From assembly GCF_009914755.1 (NCBI RefSeq), contig NC_060927.1: 64,000 nucleotides of DNA; one strand, written 5' to 3'. Positions 27,165 to 39,977 of this stretch are shown here, piece by piece. How positions within the stretch are numbered: position 1 is the first letter of the stretch; every line of letters starts with the position of its first letter. The notes beneath the pieces were generated by a model that had not been told where the DNA came from, did not search any database, and saw only the letters and a list, made by a program, of their open reading frames with translations. The position numbers and the translations under genes were made by a program. This DNA comes from the human T2T-CHM13v2.0 reference genome, Homo sapiens.

Positions 27165-27313
27165 ATAAAGTCACTAAATCCCATTAAGGGGGCTCCAACT
27201 TCATGACCTCATCTAAACCTACCTCTCCCAAGGGCCCACCTCCTAATACCTTCCCACTGAAATTTAGAGTTTCAACATACAAACTTTGTGGGGATAAACA
27301 TGCGATCTATAAC
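27165..27313 (-). mobile_element. MaLR LTR 5' fragment (MSTD/MLT1A-like)
   Basis: TCATGACCTCATCTAAACCTACCTCTCCCAAGGGCCCACCTCCTAATACC...TTTCAACATA. Confidence 0.7.
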
Positions 27314-27684
27314 AAACATATTTTGAGAGCAACAATTATCACCAAAAGTAGTTTTCCTATAGCAAAACAAGAGCTGTATAGATCATCCTTCCTTCATGCT
27401 TTACCTGGAAGAGTCAAAAAAAATTTGTGGAACTGTCCTTTCACTCACCTTCCAGCTTCTGGGATCAAAGCAAATGTTCTGTGATTCTAGAAACCCTGAC
27501 TAGAGCTTGGGACTTTAAATATTTGAAAAAGAAATCTATGCCTTTGCAGTTTCAATGAGATCTTCAATGCATTTAATGCAAACCAAAAGAACAAGCTCAC
27601 CAAGAAGTCACTTGACCCTGAGCCAGAGCCACAATTAGAAGCCTGGCATTGTGAGGAACTTTGGAGGAGACACTGGCCTTCTAC

Positions 27685-27886
27685 TCTGTGGCTTTTAATC
27701 AGAGATATGCATCAGATTCTTGGAACCTGGGGAGCTTATTTTCAAAATGTACCTTCCCAGAATCTGCTCCAAATCTATGAACAAGTACCTCAGAAGGTAG
27801 GAGATTTTTTAAGGTGAATCTGAAATATGGGCATTTTCAAAGCTTCCCAGGAGATTCTCATGCCCAGCAATGGTTAAGAACCACCG
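27685..27886. mobile_element. MER5-family hAT element
   Basis: GCATCAGA...CCTGGGGAGCTT...CCCAGGAGATTCTCATG...GGTTAAGAACCACCG. Confidence 0.6.
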
Positions 27887-28070
27887 TTTCTGTCTAATGC
27901 AGGATCCCTGTCTTGGCAGACAACCATGGGTGGTCATGGGTGGTCTCTGCTAAAGACTGCACTGGACTCCCATCGTAGGTTGCATTTATATCTAAATATT
28001 TGCTGGCCCTTCTTACTGGGTCCCTCCCTTTGCCCTTTCCTGGCCCACCCTGTCCCCTTATGATGCCTGG

Positions 28071-28517
28071 TATATTTGTTTCCTAGGGTTGCCATAATAA
28101 AGAACCACAAACTGGGTGACTTAAAACAACAGAAATGTATTCTCTCACAGTCACAGTTTTAGAGACTAGAAGTCTGAAATCAAGGTGTTAACAGAGCCAT
28201 GGTCCATTTGAAGCCTCTAGGAGAGGGTCCTCCCTTGCCTCTCCCAGTTTCTGGTAGGCCCACGTGTTCCTTGGCTTGTGGAAACATGACTCTAATCTCT
28301 GTCTCTGACTTTATATGGCCTTCCCTCTGTGTCTGTGTCTCTTCTTTATTATAAGAAATCAGACATATTGGATTAAGGGCCCACCCTATTCCACTATGAC
28401 CTTATCTTAATTAATTATATTTGCAATGGCCCTACTTTTAAATAAGGTCATATTCTGAAGTGCTGGGCATTAGGACTTTGATATATGTTTTTTGAGGGAT
28501 ACAAGTCAACCCATAAG
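28071..28517 (-). mobile_element. MaLR LTR (MLT1C-like)
   Basis: TTTCCTAGGGTTGCCATAA...CCACAAACTGGGTGACTTAAAACAACAGAAAT...AAATAAGGTCATATTCTGA. Confidence 0.85.
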
Positions 28518-28524
28518 GCCTGGC

Positions 28525-28822
28525 TTAACCTGGCCCTGCATTTGGTCCTGCATTGGCCAAAGATATATGAAAGGAAGAGACATGGACCACTACAGAGAAA
28601 ATGCTTACAGAGCCGTGTTTTCATCCTCTCATCTTTCTGTTCCACTGCTATTAGACATGCATGTTGCAGATAGGGGCTGCCCCTTTACCCTTGCTCCTAG
28701 AATAAAGATACAGCTAACTCTCACATGGCCAGTAACTTGGACTAGAGAAAACCTATTGTAGGGCTGACAGGATTTTCGGGTACTTGCTATCACAGCATAT
28801 CCTAGAAAAGTCTGACTAATGC
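28525..28822 (+). mobile_element. Old MaLR LTR 3' part (MLT1K/L-like)
   Basis: GATAGGGGCTGCCCCTT...TTGCTATCACAGCATATCCTAG...CTGACTAATGCA. Confidence 0.5.
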
Positions 28823-29659
28823 AGCCCCCCTTTGTTGGATGCCCCAAATGTTAGACAGTTCCTTATTCTAATAGGCTGAAGCAAACCTGATTCATCTCTG
28901 TTGGGGAAATCTTCTTTACTACATTGTGTTCTTACTTCCAGGAAGTAACACTGGGCTTGGAGGTTGAGAAGAAGTCAACATTTCATTTACAATTTCGGCT
29001 AGATATTAGAACCTTAGGAACTTACATTTGTCCCTTAGTAGAGAGCAGTGTTAGAGTCATATGCTTTGGGATTCCAAATAAGGAGATATCAAAAGAGCTT
29101 TCTTGTCCTTTCTTAACTGCTATATGAGTTGTCTTCTAACTCCTCTGTGACACAGGGCCAGCTTGGGTCAGCTTTGTGTGCCGTCAGGCACCATCTTCCT
29201 CTATTGCTTAGTAATAGTCAAATGAATCTTCTGGGCTTAGCTAAACATTTTTTAAATTAATGAATGTAAGTGTGTTACTATATGAGGACAGAATTGAACA
29301 GATATTTATATTTTCTGTAAGTAACAGAAATATTCCTAAATGAATAGGCAGAAAACTAGAGTAGGCACTAATTTTGCCTACTAAGACTTCTGGGTTCCTC
29401 AGTTCAGTCAAGACTGTTTAGACAGCAGTTGCTTCGGCAATGGAAATAGTCAAGTAGGCCACATTTAGAAAAGGGTCTTTAGTATACTCCTATTATCTAA
29501 TTTTATTTCAGTTGAAAATACTTTGTTACTAGAATGGAAATTCTACATGCTCAAAGGCTAAATAAAGTCCTAGTTTGGATTTTTGCAAATAAGGATAACC
29601 ATACCAGGCCTGAAGTGAGACAAAGCTTTACAGAATCTCTTTGCAGTGCAGAGCTTTAT

Positions 29660-29780
29660 CCATCCACTCGTCTCATCCATCCAAATATCCATCATTCAGC
29701 CATTCACCCAAAAGGCATTTGCTGAACTCCAGCTATGTGCCAGCTACAGCAAAACACTGGGAACATAAGGATGGATATTC
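29660..29780 (-). mobile_element. L2 3' end
   Basis: (CATC/CATT)n then GCATTTGCTGAACTCCAGCTATGTGCCAG. Confidence 0.6.
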
Positions 29781-30909
29781 CACCTGCGCTGCCACATGCA
29801 CCTCTCTTCCAGCTCCACATGATGGCTCATGATGTATCTCACATTCCTGAGGGTTTTCAGGCCTGATTTTGGAAGGTTTTTGAAAGCCCAGCCACAGCCC
29901 AGGCAGCTCCTGACTTTGTCAGAACATTCAGGCACATCCTACATAAGCAGAAGGAGTTTAGAGACAAGGCCCAGGTTGCCATTCACTCTACCAAACAGAG
30001 TGGTTTCCTGCCTGGCCTAGATCTGGGCCTGCATTTCCAAGACTTACAAGGAAGTGAAATAGAAATCATAGTTACCTTCTCCATATCAATAAAAGGGCTG
30101 CTCCACATTTCTGTGTAGGAGCCATGGGCTTGTGGTTTGCCCTAACCCATGAGCCCCAGGAGAGGGCTCTGAAATGATCAGAGAGCTCCAGACTTTTCCT
30201 TACTCCCCTGATGCTGCTCCATGAATCCTGAGCACCAGTGGAAGTCTGAGAGTGAAAAAGAAATAAAAGAAGGAAGGAAGGGAGAAAAGGAGAAAGAGAG
30301 AGAGAGAGATGAAAACACCATCTCTCTCTCTGTATTCAGCCAGAGAGATGGATACACCATGGTTTCTGCCCCCAAAGAACTATCAGACTAGTGGAGGTCA
30401 CTTCTATGGATAGGGAGGTAGTGAGGAGTAGTCAAGAAAGACTTTATAAGCTGCATCTTGCAGTTGGGTTGGGGGTCTCTATTACAGTGAATTTTTTCTC
30501 ACTTGTGAGGAGGAAAACACTAGGTGGAGAGTCAAGAGAATTTTAGTCCCAAAATGATCACCAAGAAGCCATTCAACCTTGATCAACTATCTTTACTACC
30601 TTCACAGCCTTAGTTGTGTTAGTAAAATAAACACATTGAACTAGCTTATTTCTGACATTCCTCTGTGTTTCATGATTTAAGACTCCACATTTAAAATCTT
30701 CTCAGTTGCTATTTATTTTAATATGTCTCCCCAGTGATCTCAAGTAGCTTATAATCATGGCTTTTGAGTGAAAAAAATACATTTATTTAAGTTACTTTGG
30801 TTGTGACATTTGTGCACTTTGCCCATTCTAATCAATATTTTCATGATTACGCTTACATTTGAATTATGCTACATACACATAAAGTAAGTCAGGTACATAT
30901 TCTTTTCTG

Positions 30910-31060
30910 CACTGTGTTATTATCAGCACTCCCATTTTATAGATGAAAAAACTAAGAGTAAGAAAGAATAAAAAGCTTGCATACCCTAACTTGATAAGCG
31001 AAATAGGTTTTAGATAAAACTGCTTTCCAAGTACCTGATTCCAAAGCCAGTGTTCAGGCT
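30910..31060 (-). mobile_element. MIR fragment
   Basis: CCCATTTTATAGATGAAAAAACTAAG core. Confidence 0.6.
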
Positions 31061-31769
31061 GGGAAGCAAGTCTTTATCACCTTGAGAACAGAATGTTGTG
31101 ATTTTTCTTTCTTGGGAATTTCTTTGAAAATCATCTCAATGCAACAATTCTTACAGAATATAAGAGTACAACTTTTCTTTGGCACAATCTCTGGGGAAGT
31201 GATCATGTCTTTCTTACTGGTGGTGCTGGTCCTATTGGAAAAACAGAGTCTGAAATCAGTTATTTCATCCTCTATCCAAATGATAACTAGTTTAAACTTT
31301 TTCCCCCTTGAATGGGGACAAAATACTTCACTTTCTGATTTCTCCTTTTGAATGACTTTTTATCTAAAAACTAGAGAAGTACATTGAAACATTTTGCTAT
31401 TTAAAATATTTCCTAAGTCTTCAGCTCTAGAATTGGGACTCTATTATACAGTTTGGGTTTTGTTGTTACTTTCTGTTGAAGATAAACCAAGCAATGGCTT
31501 ACATCTACTTTAGGACTTAGAGAATTATTTCCCTGCTCACAGCATTTGTCTTGATCCCAGTCCCAAGATGAATGGCTGAAAATTTTTTTTTTTCACTGAT
31601 TCTAAGTCAGTTCTAGGTGTGTCTTCTCTGTGGCTCAGGAAGAGTTCCTGGCCCTCCTCCCACTATTTACGTCAGGTGTTCTCTACGTTCAGCAACCCTA
31701 AGTCTTCACCTTCTCACTGGATGTCAGATTTTTAAAATAAATTCCTTTGAGTTGATGAATGCATTTTGT

Positions 31770-32100
31770 TTCATTTTTATTTATTACAGTGAAACTTCTA
31801 TTTCTAATTAAATAATACATCTTTATAATTTAAAAAATCAGCAATATACAAAAGTATAACGACATAAGTGAAAAAAATCACATGAAATACAAACTTCTGA
31901 GGAATCTATCATTAACAAAAATTTTGTGGCCATCTTTTAATACATATCTTAATGCATTTTAACTAAATTGGGTACGCTACATACTATTTTTTATTATGAC
32001 ATTGTTATGTAATCTCTTACTCTTTGATTACCTCTTCCCTCCCTACAAATTCCTTACCTCCGCTATACTCCCAAATAACAAAGGGAAATAACTGCATGTG
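31770..32100 (-). mobile_element. Old L1ME-like 3' end (likely host of the downstream nested stack)
   Basis: AAATAATACAT...AAAAGTATAA...AAATTGGGTACGCTACATACTATTTT resembles an antisense L1ME 3' UTR. Confidence 0.5.
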
Positions 32101-32102
32101 CA

Positions 32103-32830
32103 TTTTCTTTTTGTTTAAATAAATTAAGGATTTTTAAAATTTTTTCCCAAAATTAAATGATTATTTAAAAATTGTGCCACAATATAAATAAATCCACACT
32201 CTCTCTCTTAATTCTGTGCATCTGGGACTACAGAAAAGTCGGTGTTCCTGCCTTACATCTTCAAATTAACATTGTCAGGCAAGAATAAGTCTTCCCAAAA
32301 GGGATCTTCCAGAAAAACAAGCTATTTCCTCGGTTCATATTTCCCTTTTTGTGTAGCATGCACCAATAATCTATCGAAGAAGAATATCTTGGAGAGTAAG
32401 GAGGGCATTCACCAGCAACACCACAGGGGCTGAAAGCCATAAGACTGGAGACAAGTACAAAGAGGTAGGTCAACATACTAGCAAAAAAATCCTGTGACAG
32501 CTTGAGAATAACTCTTCATTTCATTCCTGATAGAAACCCTGTCCAGGTATTGATGAGGTAGGCCAGTGAGTTACACATCCACAAAGAAATTATGTCACCC
32601 AGGAGGCAAGGAACAAGACCCATGGAAAATCCTAGGATGCTCTCTACCCAATAGGTGGTTACCAAGGAGTCACAAAGTCCACAGTACTTGCATTCTCTGC
32701 CAATGACTTGTACCATAGATCTCAGAGTAATCATATAGAAGGAGTGTGTGATGAGGGTACAAGCAGAATGAGTGATCATATCTTAAGTGGTCTCCTTGTT
32801 AACTATGTCAAAGGAAGATGAGACTTCTTT
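32103..32830 (-). pseudogene. MTCH2: Processed pseudogene of MTCH2 (mitochondrial carrier homolog 2), 5'-truncated; covers the C-terminal ~190 codons, short 3' UTR and a decayed A-rich tail
   Basis: Translations EVSSSFD..KETT*DMITHSACTLITH..ITLRSMVQVIGRECKYCGLCDS..LLGDIISLWMCNSLAYLINT and MLTYLFVLVS..CPPYSP..GNSLFFWKIPFGKTY..MLI* match the MTCH2 C-terminal half; intronless, with a premature TAA (~32783-32785) and frameshifts near 32545 and 32485; stop at 32261. Confidence 0.95.
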
Positions 32831-35800
32831 TTTTTTAACTTTTAGGTTCAGGAGTAAATGTGAAGGTTTGTTATATAGGTAAATTGCATATCATGGGGTT
32901 TGGTCACCCAGGTGAAAAGCATAGTGCCCAATAGGTAGTTTTTTGATGCTCACTCTCCTCCCACCCACTACCTCAAGTACACCCTAGGGTTTGTTGTTTC
33001 CCTCTTTGTGTCCATGTACACTCAATGTTTAACTCTCATTTATAAGTGAGAATATGTGGTATTTGGTTTGCTATTCCAGTGTTAATTTGCTTAGGATAAT
33101 GACCTCCAGCTCCATCCATGTTGCTGTAATGGACATGATCTTGTTCTTTTTATGGCTGTGTAGTATTCCATGGTGTATATGTATCACATTTTCTTTAATC
33201 AGTCTACAATTGATGGCCATTTAGGTTGATTCCATGTCTTTGTTATTGTGAAGAGTGCTGCAAAGAACATATGTGTGCATGTGTCTTTATTGCAGAACAA
33301 CTTATATTCCTTTGGGTATATACCCAATAATGGGATTTCTGGGTTGAATGGTAGTTCTATTTTAAGTTCTTTGAGAAATCACCAAACTGCTTGCCACAAT
33401 GACTAAAATAATTTACACTCCCATCAGCAGTACATAGCATTCTCTTTTCTCCACAACCTCACCAGCATCTTTATTTTTTGACTTTTTATTAATAGCCATT
33501 CTGACTGGTGTGAGGTGGTATCTCATGGTACTTTTGATTTGCATTTCTCTAACGATTAGTGATGTGGAGCATTGTTTCATATGCTTGTTGGCTGCACGTA
33601 TGGCTTCTCTTGAAAGTGTCTGTTCATGTCCTTTGCCCAGTTTTGATGGGGTTGTTTTTTGCTTGTAAAATTTGTTCAAGCTCCTTATATTAGTAGATTC
33701 TGGATATTAGACCTTTGTTGAATGCATAGTTTGCAAATGTTTTTTCCCATTCTGTAGGTTGTCTGTTTACTTTCTTGAGAGTTCTTTTGTTGTGCAGAAG
33801 CTCCTTAGTTTAATTAGGTCCCATTAGTCAAATTTTGCTTTTGTTGCAATTGATTTTGGCATCTTCATCATGAAATCTTTGCCAGGGGCCTATATCCAGA
33901 ATGGTATTTCCTAGGTTATTTTCTAGAGTTTTTACAGATTTTCATTTAAGCACTTAATCCATCTTGAGTTGATTTTTATATATGGTGTAAGGAAGAGGTC
34001 CAGTTTCAATCTTCTGCATATGGCTAGCCAGTGATCCCAGCATCATTTATTGAATAGAACGTGTTTCCCCCATTGCTGTTTTTGCCAATTTTGTCAAAGA
34101 TTAGATGGGTGTAGGTATGTGGCATTATTTCTGGGGTCTCTATTCTGTTCCATTGGTATGTGTGTCTGTTTTGGTAGCTGTACCATACTGTTTTGGTTAC
34201 TGTATCCCTATAGTATAGTTTGAAGTCAGGTAATATGATGCCTCCAGCTTTGTTCTTTTTGCTTAGGATTGCCTTGGCTATTTGGACTCTTTTGTGGTTA
34301 CATATCAATTCTAAAATAGTTTTTTCTAGTTCTGTGAATAATGTCATTGGTAGCTTGATAGGAATAGGATCATTGAATCTGCACATTTCTTTGGGCATTA
34401 TGGCCATTTTGACAATATTGATTCTCCCTATACATAAGCATGGAATATTTTTCCATTTGTTTGTCATCTCTGATTTCTTTGAAAAGTGTGTCGTAATTCT
34501 CATTGTAGAGGTCTTTCGCCCCCTTGGTTAGCTATTTTCCTAGGTATTTTATTCTTTTTGTGGCTGGCTATTGTAAGTGAGATTGCATTCTTGGTTTGGC
34601 TCTCAGCTTGGATATTGTTAGTGTATAGGAATGTTACTGATTTTTCTGCATTGATTTTGTGTCCTGAAACTTTGCTGAAATTGTTTATTAGATCAGGGAG
34701 CTTCTGGGTAGAGGCTAGGGGTTCTCTAGATATAGAATCATGTAGTCTGCAAACAGGGATAATTTGACTTCCTGTTTTTGTTTTTGGATGCCTCTTATTT
34801 TTTTTCTCTTGCCTGGCTGCTCTGGCTAGGACTTCCAATACAAGGTTGAATGAGAGTAGTAAGAGTAGACATCCTTGTCTTGTTTTGATTTTCAAGGGGA
34901 ATGCTTCCAGCTTTTGCCTGTTCAGTATGATGTTGGCTGTGGGTTTGTCATAGATGGCTCTTATTGTTTTGAAGTATGTTCCTTCAATGCCTAGTTTGCT
35001 GAGGGTTCTTAACATGAAGGGATGTCGGATTTTATTGAAAGCATTTTCTGCATCCATTGAGATGGCCTTTTTTTTTTCTTTTAGTTATTTTTATATAAGT
35101 GCATCACATTAATTAGCTGCTGGATTCAGTTTGCCAGTATTTTGCTGAGTATTTTCGCATCTGTGTTCATCAAGAATATTGGCTGAAGTTTTCTTTGTGT
35201 GTGTGTGTCTCTGCCAGGTTTTGGTATCAGGATGAGGCTGACCTCATAGAATGAGTTAGGGAGGAGTCCTTCTCTTCAATTTTTTAGAATAGTTTCAGTA
35301 GGAATGGTACCAGCTCTTTTTTATACCTCTCGTAGAATTCAGCTATGAATCCAGCTGGTCCTGGGCTTTTTCTGGTTGGTAGGCTTTTTATTACTGATTC
35401 AATTTGAGAACTCATTATTGGTCCATTCAAGGACTCAATTTCTTTCTGGTTCTTTTTTTGGGAGGTTGTATGTTTCCAGGAATTTACCCATTTTTTTCTA
35501 GGTTTTCCAGCTTGTGGAAATAAAGGAGTTCATAAAAAAATTCAACCGAGAATTTCATTTCCACCCAAACTAAGCTTTATAAGTGAAGGACAAATAAGAT
35601 TCTTTGCAGACAAGAAAATCCTAATTCTCTTAGTATTTACTTGTCTAAAAGGATCTTATTTGTTCTACTGAAACCATTTCTACTGAAACTATAATAATCT
35701 CTGAGGGTTTTTTTTTTTTTTTGTATTTCTGTGGGGTCAGTAGTAATGTCTTCTTTGTCATCCTTGATTGTGCTTATTTGTATCTTCTCTCTTTTTTTCT

Positions 35801-38800
35801 TTATTAGTCTAGCTAGTGGTCTATCTATCTTGATAATTCTTTCAAAGAAGCAGCTCCTGGATTCATTGATCTTTTGTATGATTTTTCATGACTCAATTTC
35901 CTTCGTCTCTGCTCTGATTTTTGTTATTTCTTGTCTGCTGCTAGATTTGGAGTTGATTTGCTCTTGCTTCTCTAGTTCCTTCAGTTGTCATGTTAAGTCA
36001 TTAATTTGAGATCTTTCTAACTTTTTGATGTGGGTATATAGTGCTATAAACTTCCCTTTTAACTGCCTTGGCTATGTCCAAGAGATTCTGGTATGTTATA
36101 TCTTTTTTTCTCATTAGGTTCAAATAATTTCTTGATTTCTGCCTTGATTTCCTTACTTACCCAAAAGTCATTCAGGCCCCAGGTTGTTTAATTTCCATTT
36201 AATTGTATCATTTTGAGAGATTTTCTTAGCATTTATTTCTATTTTTATTGTATTGTGGTTCAAGAGTGTGGTTGCTGTGATTTCTTTTTTTAATATACTG
36301 AATATTGTTGTAGCCCCAATTGTGTGGTTGACTTTAAAGTATGTGGCATATGCAGGAAAGAAGAATGTACATTTTGTTGTTTTTTGGGTGGAGAGTTCTG
36401 TAGATGTCTATAAGATCCATTTAGTCAAGTGTAGAGTAAAGGTCCCAAATATCTTTGTAAGTTTTCTGTCTCAATGCTCTGCCCCAAACTGTCAGTCAGG
36501 TATTAAAGTCTCCCACTATTATTGTGTAGTTACCTAAATCTCTTTTTAGATCTCTAAGAACTTGCTTTATGAATCTGAGTGCTCCTGTGTTGGGTGCATA
36601 CATATTTAGGGCAGTTAGGTCTTCTTGTTGAATTGACCCCTTTATTGAACTGACCCCTTTAACATTATATAATGTCCTTCTTTGTCTTTTTTTGATCTTT
36701 GTTAAAGTCTGTTTTGTCTGAAATTAGAACAGCAATATCTGCTTTTTTCTGTTTGCTTGGTAGATTTTTCTCCATCCCTTTGCTTTGAGCTTATGGGTAT
36801 CATTACATGTGAGATGGGTTTCTTGAAGACAGCAAAATCTTGAGTTTTGCTTCTTTATTCAACTCGCCACTCTGTGGCTTTTAATTGGGGGCATTTATCC
36901 CATTTACATTCAACGTTAGTATTGATATGTGTGAATTTGATCCTGTCATCATGTTGTTAGCTGGTTATTATGCAAAGTTGATTGTGTGGTTGTTCATAGT
37001 GTCACTGGTGTATATACTTAAGTGTGTTTTTGTAGTGGCTGATAATGGTCTTTCTATATTTAACACTCCCTTCAGAACCTCTTGTAAGGCAGGTCTGGTG
37101 GTAACAAATTTCCTTAGCATTTGCTTGTCTGAAAATGATCTTATTTGTCCTTCACTTATAAAGCTTAGTTTGGCTGGATATGAAATTCTTGGTTGAAAAT
37201 TATTTTAATTAAAGATGCTTAATATAGGCCTCCAATCTCTTCTGCTTTATAGGGATTCTGCTGACAGGTCTGCTGTTAGCCTGATGGGCTGGTTCCCTTT
37301 GTAGATGACCTGCCCCTTCTCTCTACTTGATTTACCATTTTTTCTTTCATTGCAATCTTGGAGAGTCTGATGTCTATGTGTCTTAGACGTGGTCTTCTTG
37401 TTTAGTATTTCACAGGGATTCTCTGCATTTCCTGAATTTGAACAATGGCCTCTCTAGCAAGGTTGGGGAAATTTTCAGTTATGATATCCTCAAATATGTT
37501 TTCCAAGTTGCTTGGTTTTTCTCCCTTTCTTTCAGGGACACCAGTGAATCACAGATTGGATCTCTTTACATAATTCCATATTTCTTGGAGATTTTTTGTT
37601 CATTCTTCTTTATTATTTTTTATTATTCTCTGACTATTTCAGAGAGCCAGTATTCATGCTCTGAGATTTTTCCCTCAGCTTGGTCTGTTCTGTTAATACT
37701 TGCAAATGCATTATGAAATTCTTATGGTGTGTTTTTTCAGTTTTATCAGATCACTTTGGTTCTTTCTTATAATGGCCATTTTATCTCTCAGCTTCTGTAT
37801 TATTTTATTGTAATTCTTAGACTTTTTGGATTGGGTTTTGACCTTCTCCTGCATGTCAGTGATCTTTGTTCCTTCTATATTCTGAATTCTATTACTGTTA
37901 TTTCAGCCATCTTGGCCTGGTTAAGAACCATTGCTGGGGAACTAGTGTGGTTGTTTGCAGGTAAGAAGACACGCTTCACTGGGCACAGTGACTCACTCCT
38001 GTAATCCCAGCACTTTGGGATGCCAAGATGGGCAGATCACTTGAGGTCAGGGGTTCAAGACCAGCCTGGCCAACATGGCAAAAACCCATTTGAAACCCTG
38101 TCTCTACTAAAAATACAAAAATTAGCCAGGTTTGGTGGCACATGCGTGTGGTCCCAGCTACTCAGGTGGCTGAGGCATGAGAATTATTTGAAACTAGAAG
38201 GCGGAGGTTGCAGTAAGCCGTGGTTCTGCCACTGCACTCCAGCCTGAGCGACAGAGAAAGGCTCTGTGGGAAAAAAAAAAAAAAAAAGACACTCTTGCTT
38301 TTTGAATTGTCAGAGCTCTCACGTGGGTTCTTTGTCATCTTCATAGGCTGATGTTCCTTCAGTCTTTGAAGTTGCTGTCCTTTGGATTTTTTTTATTCTA
38401 TTTGATGTCCTTGGGGGTTGATTGTGGCATAAGCTGGAAGATTTTCAGGGGCCAACGCTTAGTTCAGGATTCATGGACTGCTTGTTCTAACTCTGGGAGC
38501 CTTTGGGCCCTTGACTTTGTTTTTAGCCCCTCATGTTTAGGAATCTGCTGCACTGAAGGAGCCAACGTGTTCCTGGTCCACTGGCCACAACATTCCAATA
38601 GGTGGTGCTGGCCAAAGTGCTTCATAGAGCAGTGGCAGTAGGACCTGTCCTCATTTGCATATGCCAGCAACAATGGCAGTGTGGTTGGGTACATGCTTTT
38701 TGGCTGCAGCAGGGGGTTGGTGGTTGCAGGGGTGCTGGCCTCCATGTGGGTGTTTGCAAAGGCAGCATCTGCAGTAGCAGCAACGGCAACACAGAACAGG

Positions 38801-39977
38801 GGAAGGGCCAGGATGTCCCTCCAGCATCCACACGTGCACTCATACCAGTGGCAGTGTTAGCACAGGAGCGGGGCACTGGTGGGCACAGGACTATGTGTGC
38901 CTTCTATGTGCATGTTCATGTGGGCAGCTGTGGCAGCACAGGGTGCAGGGTGAGTCCATGGTGACCATGCATAGTTCACCCTGGCAGCAGTGTTGGTGAA
39001 GGGGTGGGGTGCCAGCAAGTGTAGGGCTCTCTGTCTGTGTGCCTGCAAATGCTCTGATGGCAATGCCAGCACAGTGCAGGGGATGGGGGGGGGAGGTGCA
39101 CTCATGCTGGCATCAGTGACCTGGCAGGGTCTACATGCTCCCACACACTGGTAGAGAAGTGGAGGCAATGTCTGCCCCTGCACACTCGTGCTGGCAAAAC
39201 AATTTGGGCATTGGCTATAGGTGACCACGTACAGGCAAAGTGGCATGGGGGAGGCTGCAGTTGGGGAAGGGTGCAAGCAGACTGGTGCTGCTCTACTGAA
39301 GCTCTCTGCCAGTAAGTCACAATCCACCAGTGCAGGAACTATGCTGGGAGCCCCCCAAAAGGCACACCATGTGGGCATCCAAGGCTGCACTGCAAGCAGG
39401 TGCAGCCATGCTGTGGCCCCAAGAGAGACCAGCAGACCAAAGCGTGCTCAGGTCAGACCAGCCCCATCTCAAGGGCAAGACTGCCCTGCACTGTTCAGGT
39501 CTAACAGTTCCCCTTGGACTAAGGTCTCCTAGGGGAACAAGGTGAGCCTTGGGGATGGTCATCCCTGGCTGTGCTCCACTACAGATGCTCCCATACCAAA
39601 CCCTCTGGGCTCCACATAGGCTGGAGTTCTGCCCCTACCACTTCTCTAAGCAGCTCTCTCTGCCACCTCAAGTGTCCATGGGGATCATGGCATCTCCTGC
39701 TGCCACGATTATAGAGACCCATGGCAAGAGCAGGTTGCTCCTTGCCTGTTCAACTCACTTATTCCCCAAGAGTTGTTGGGGACTAGGAATGAGTCCCAGT
39801 GCTGTTGCAAGCTTCACCTCCCCTCAGCCTAGCATCTGTATCTTCCCTCCATTCACTCTCAATATCTTCCCTCTGAAGGTCTGCTAGAAGTGCGCCCAGT
39901 CTGCCTGATGTCCTGATCCATCAGTGGCAAATGTTTCTCCTGACTGTGTCTACTCAACCATCTTAAGTTACTCCCCC
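32831..39977 (-). mobile_element. Full-length old primate L1 (L1PA15/16-like), inactivated
   Basis: 3' UTR at 32831-33300, ORF2 fragments (34024-34503, 34500-35057), ORF1 ~37.0-38.4 kb, long GC-rich 5' UTR 38.4-39.98 kb ending GGGGGAGTAACTTAAGATGG on the minus strand; candidate TSD TGAGACTTCTTT 32819 / TGAAAATTCTTT 39978. Confidence 0.9.
37977..38285 (+). mobile_element. Alu (S/J-type) inserted in the L1PA15/16
   Basis: Dimeric Alu with A-tail; TSD AAGACACGCTT 37966 / AAGACACTCTT 38286. Confidence 0.92.

Noticed and set aside
38351-39887. Dense overlapping GC-rich ORFs
   Set aside because: They lie in the L1PA15/16 5' UTR; stop-poor composition explains them
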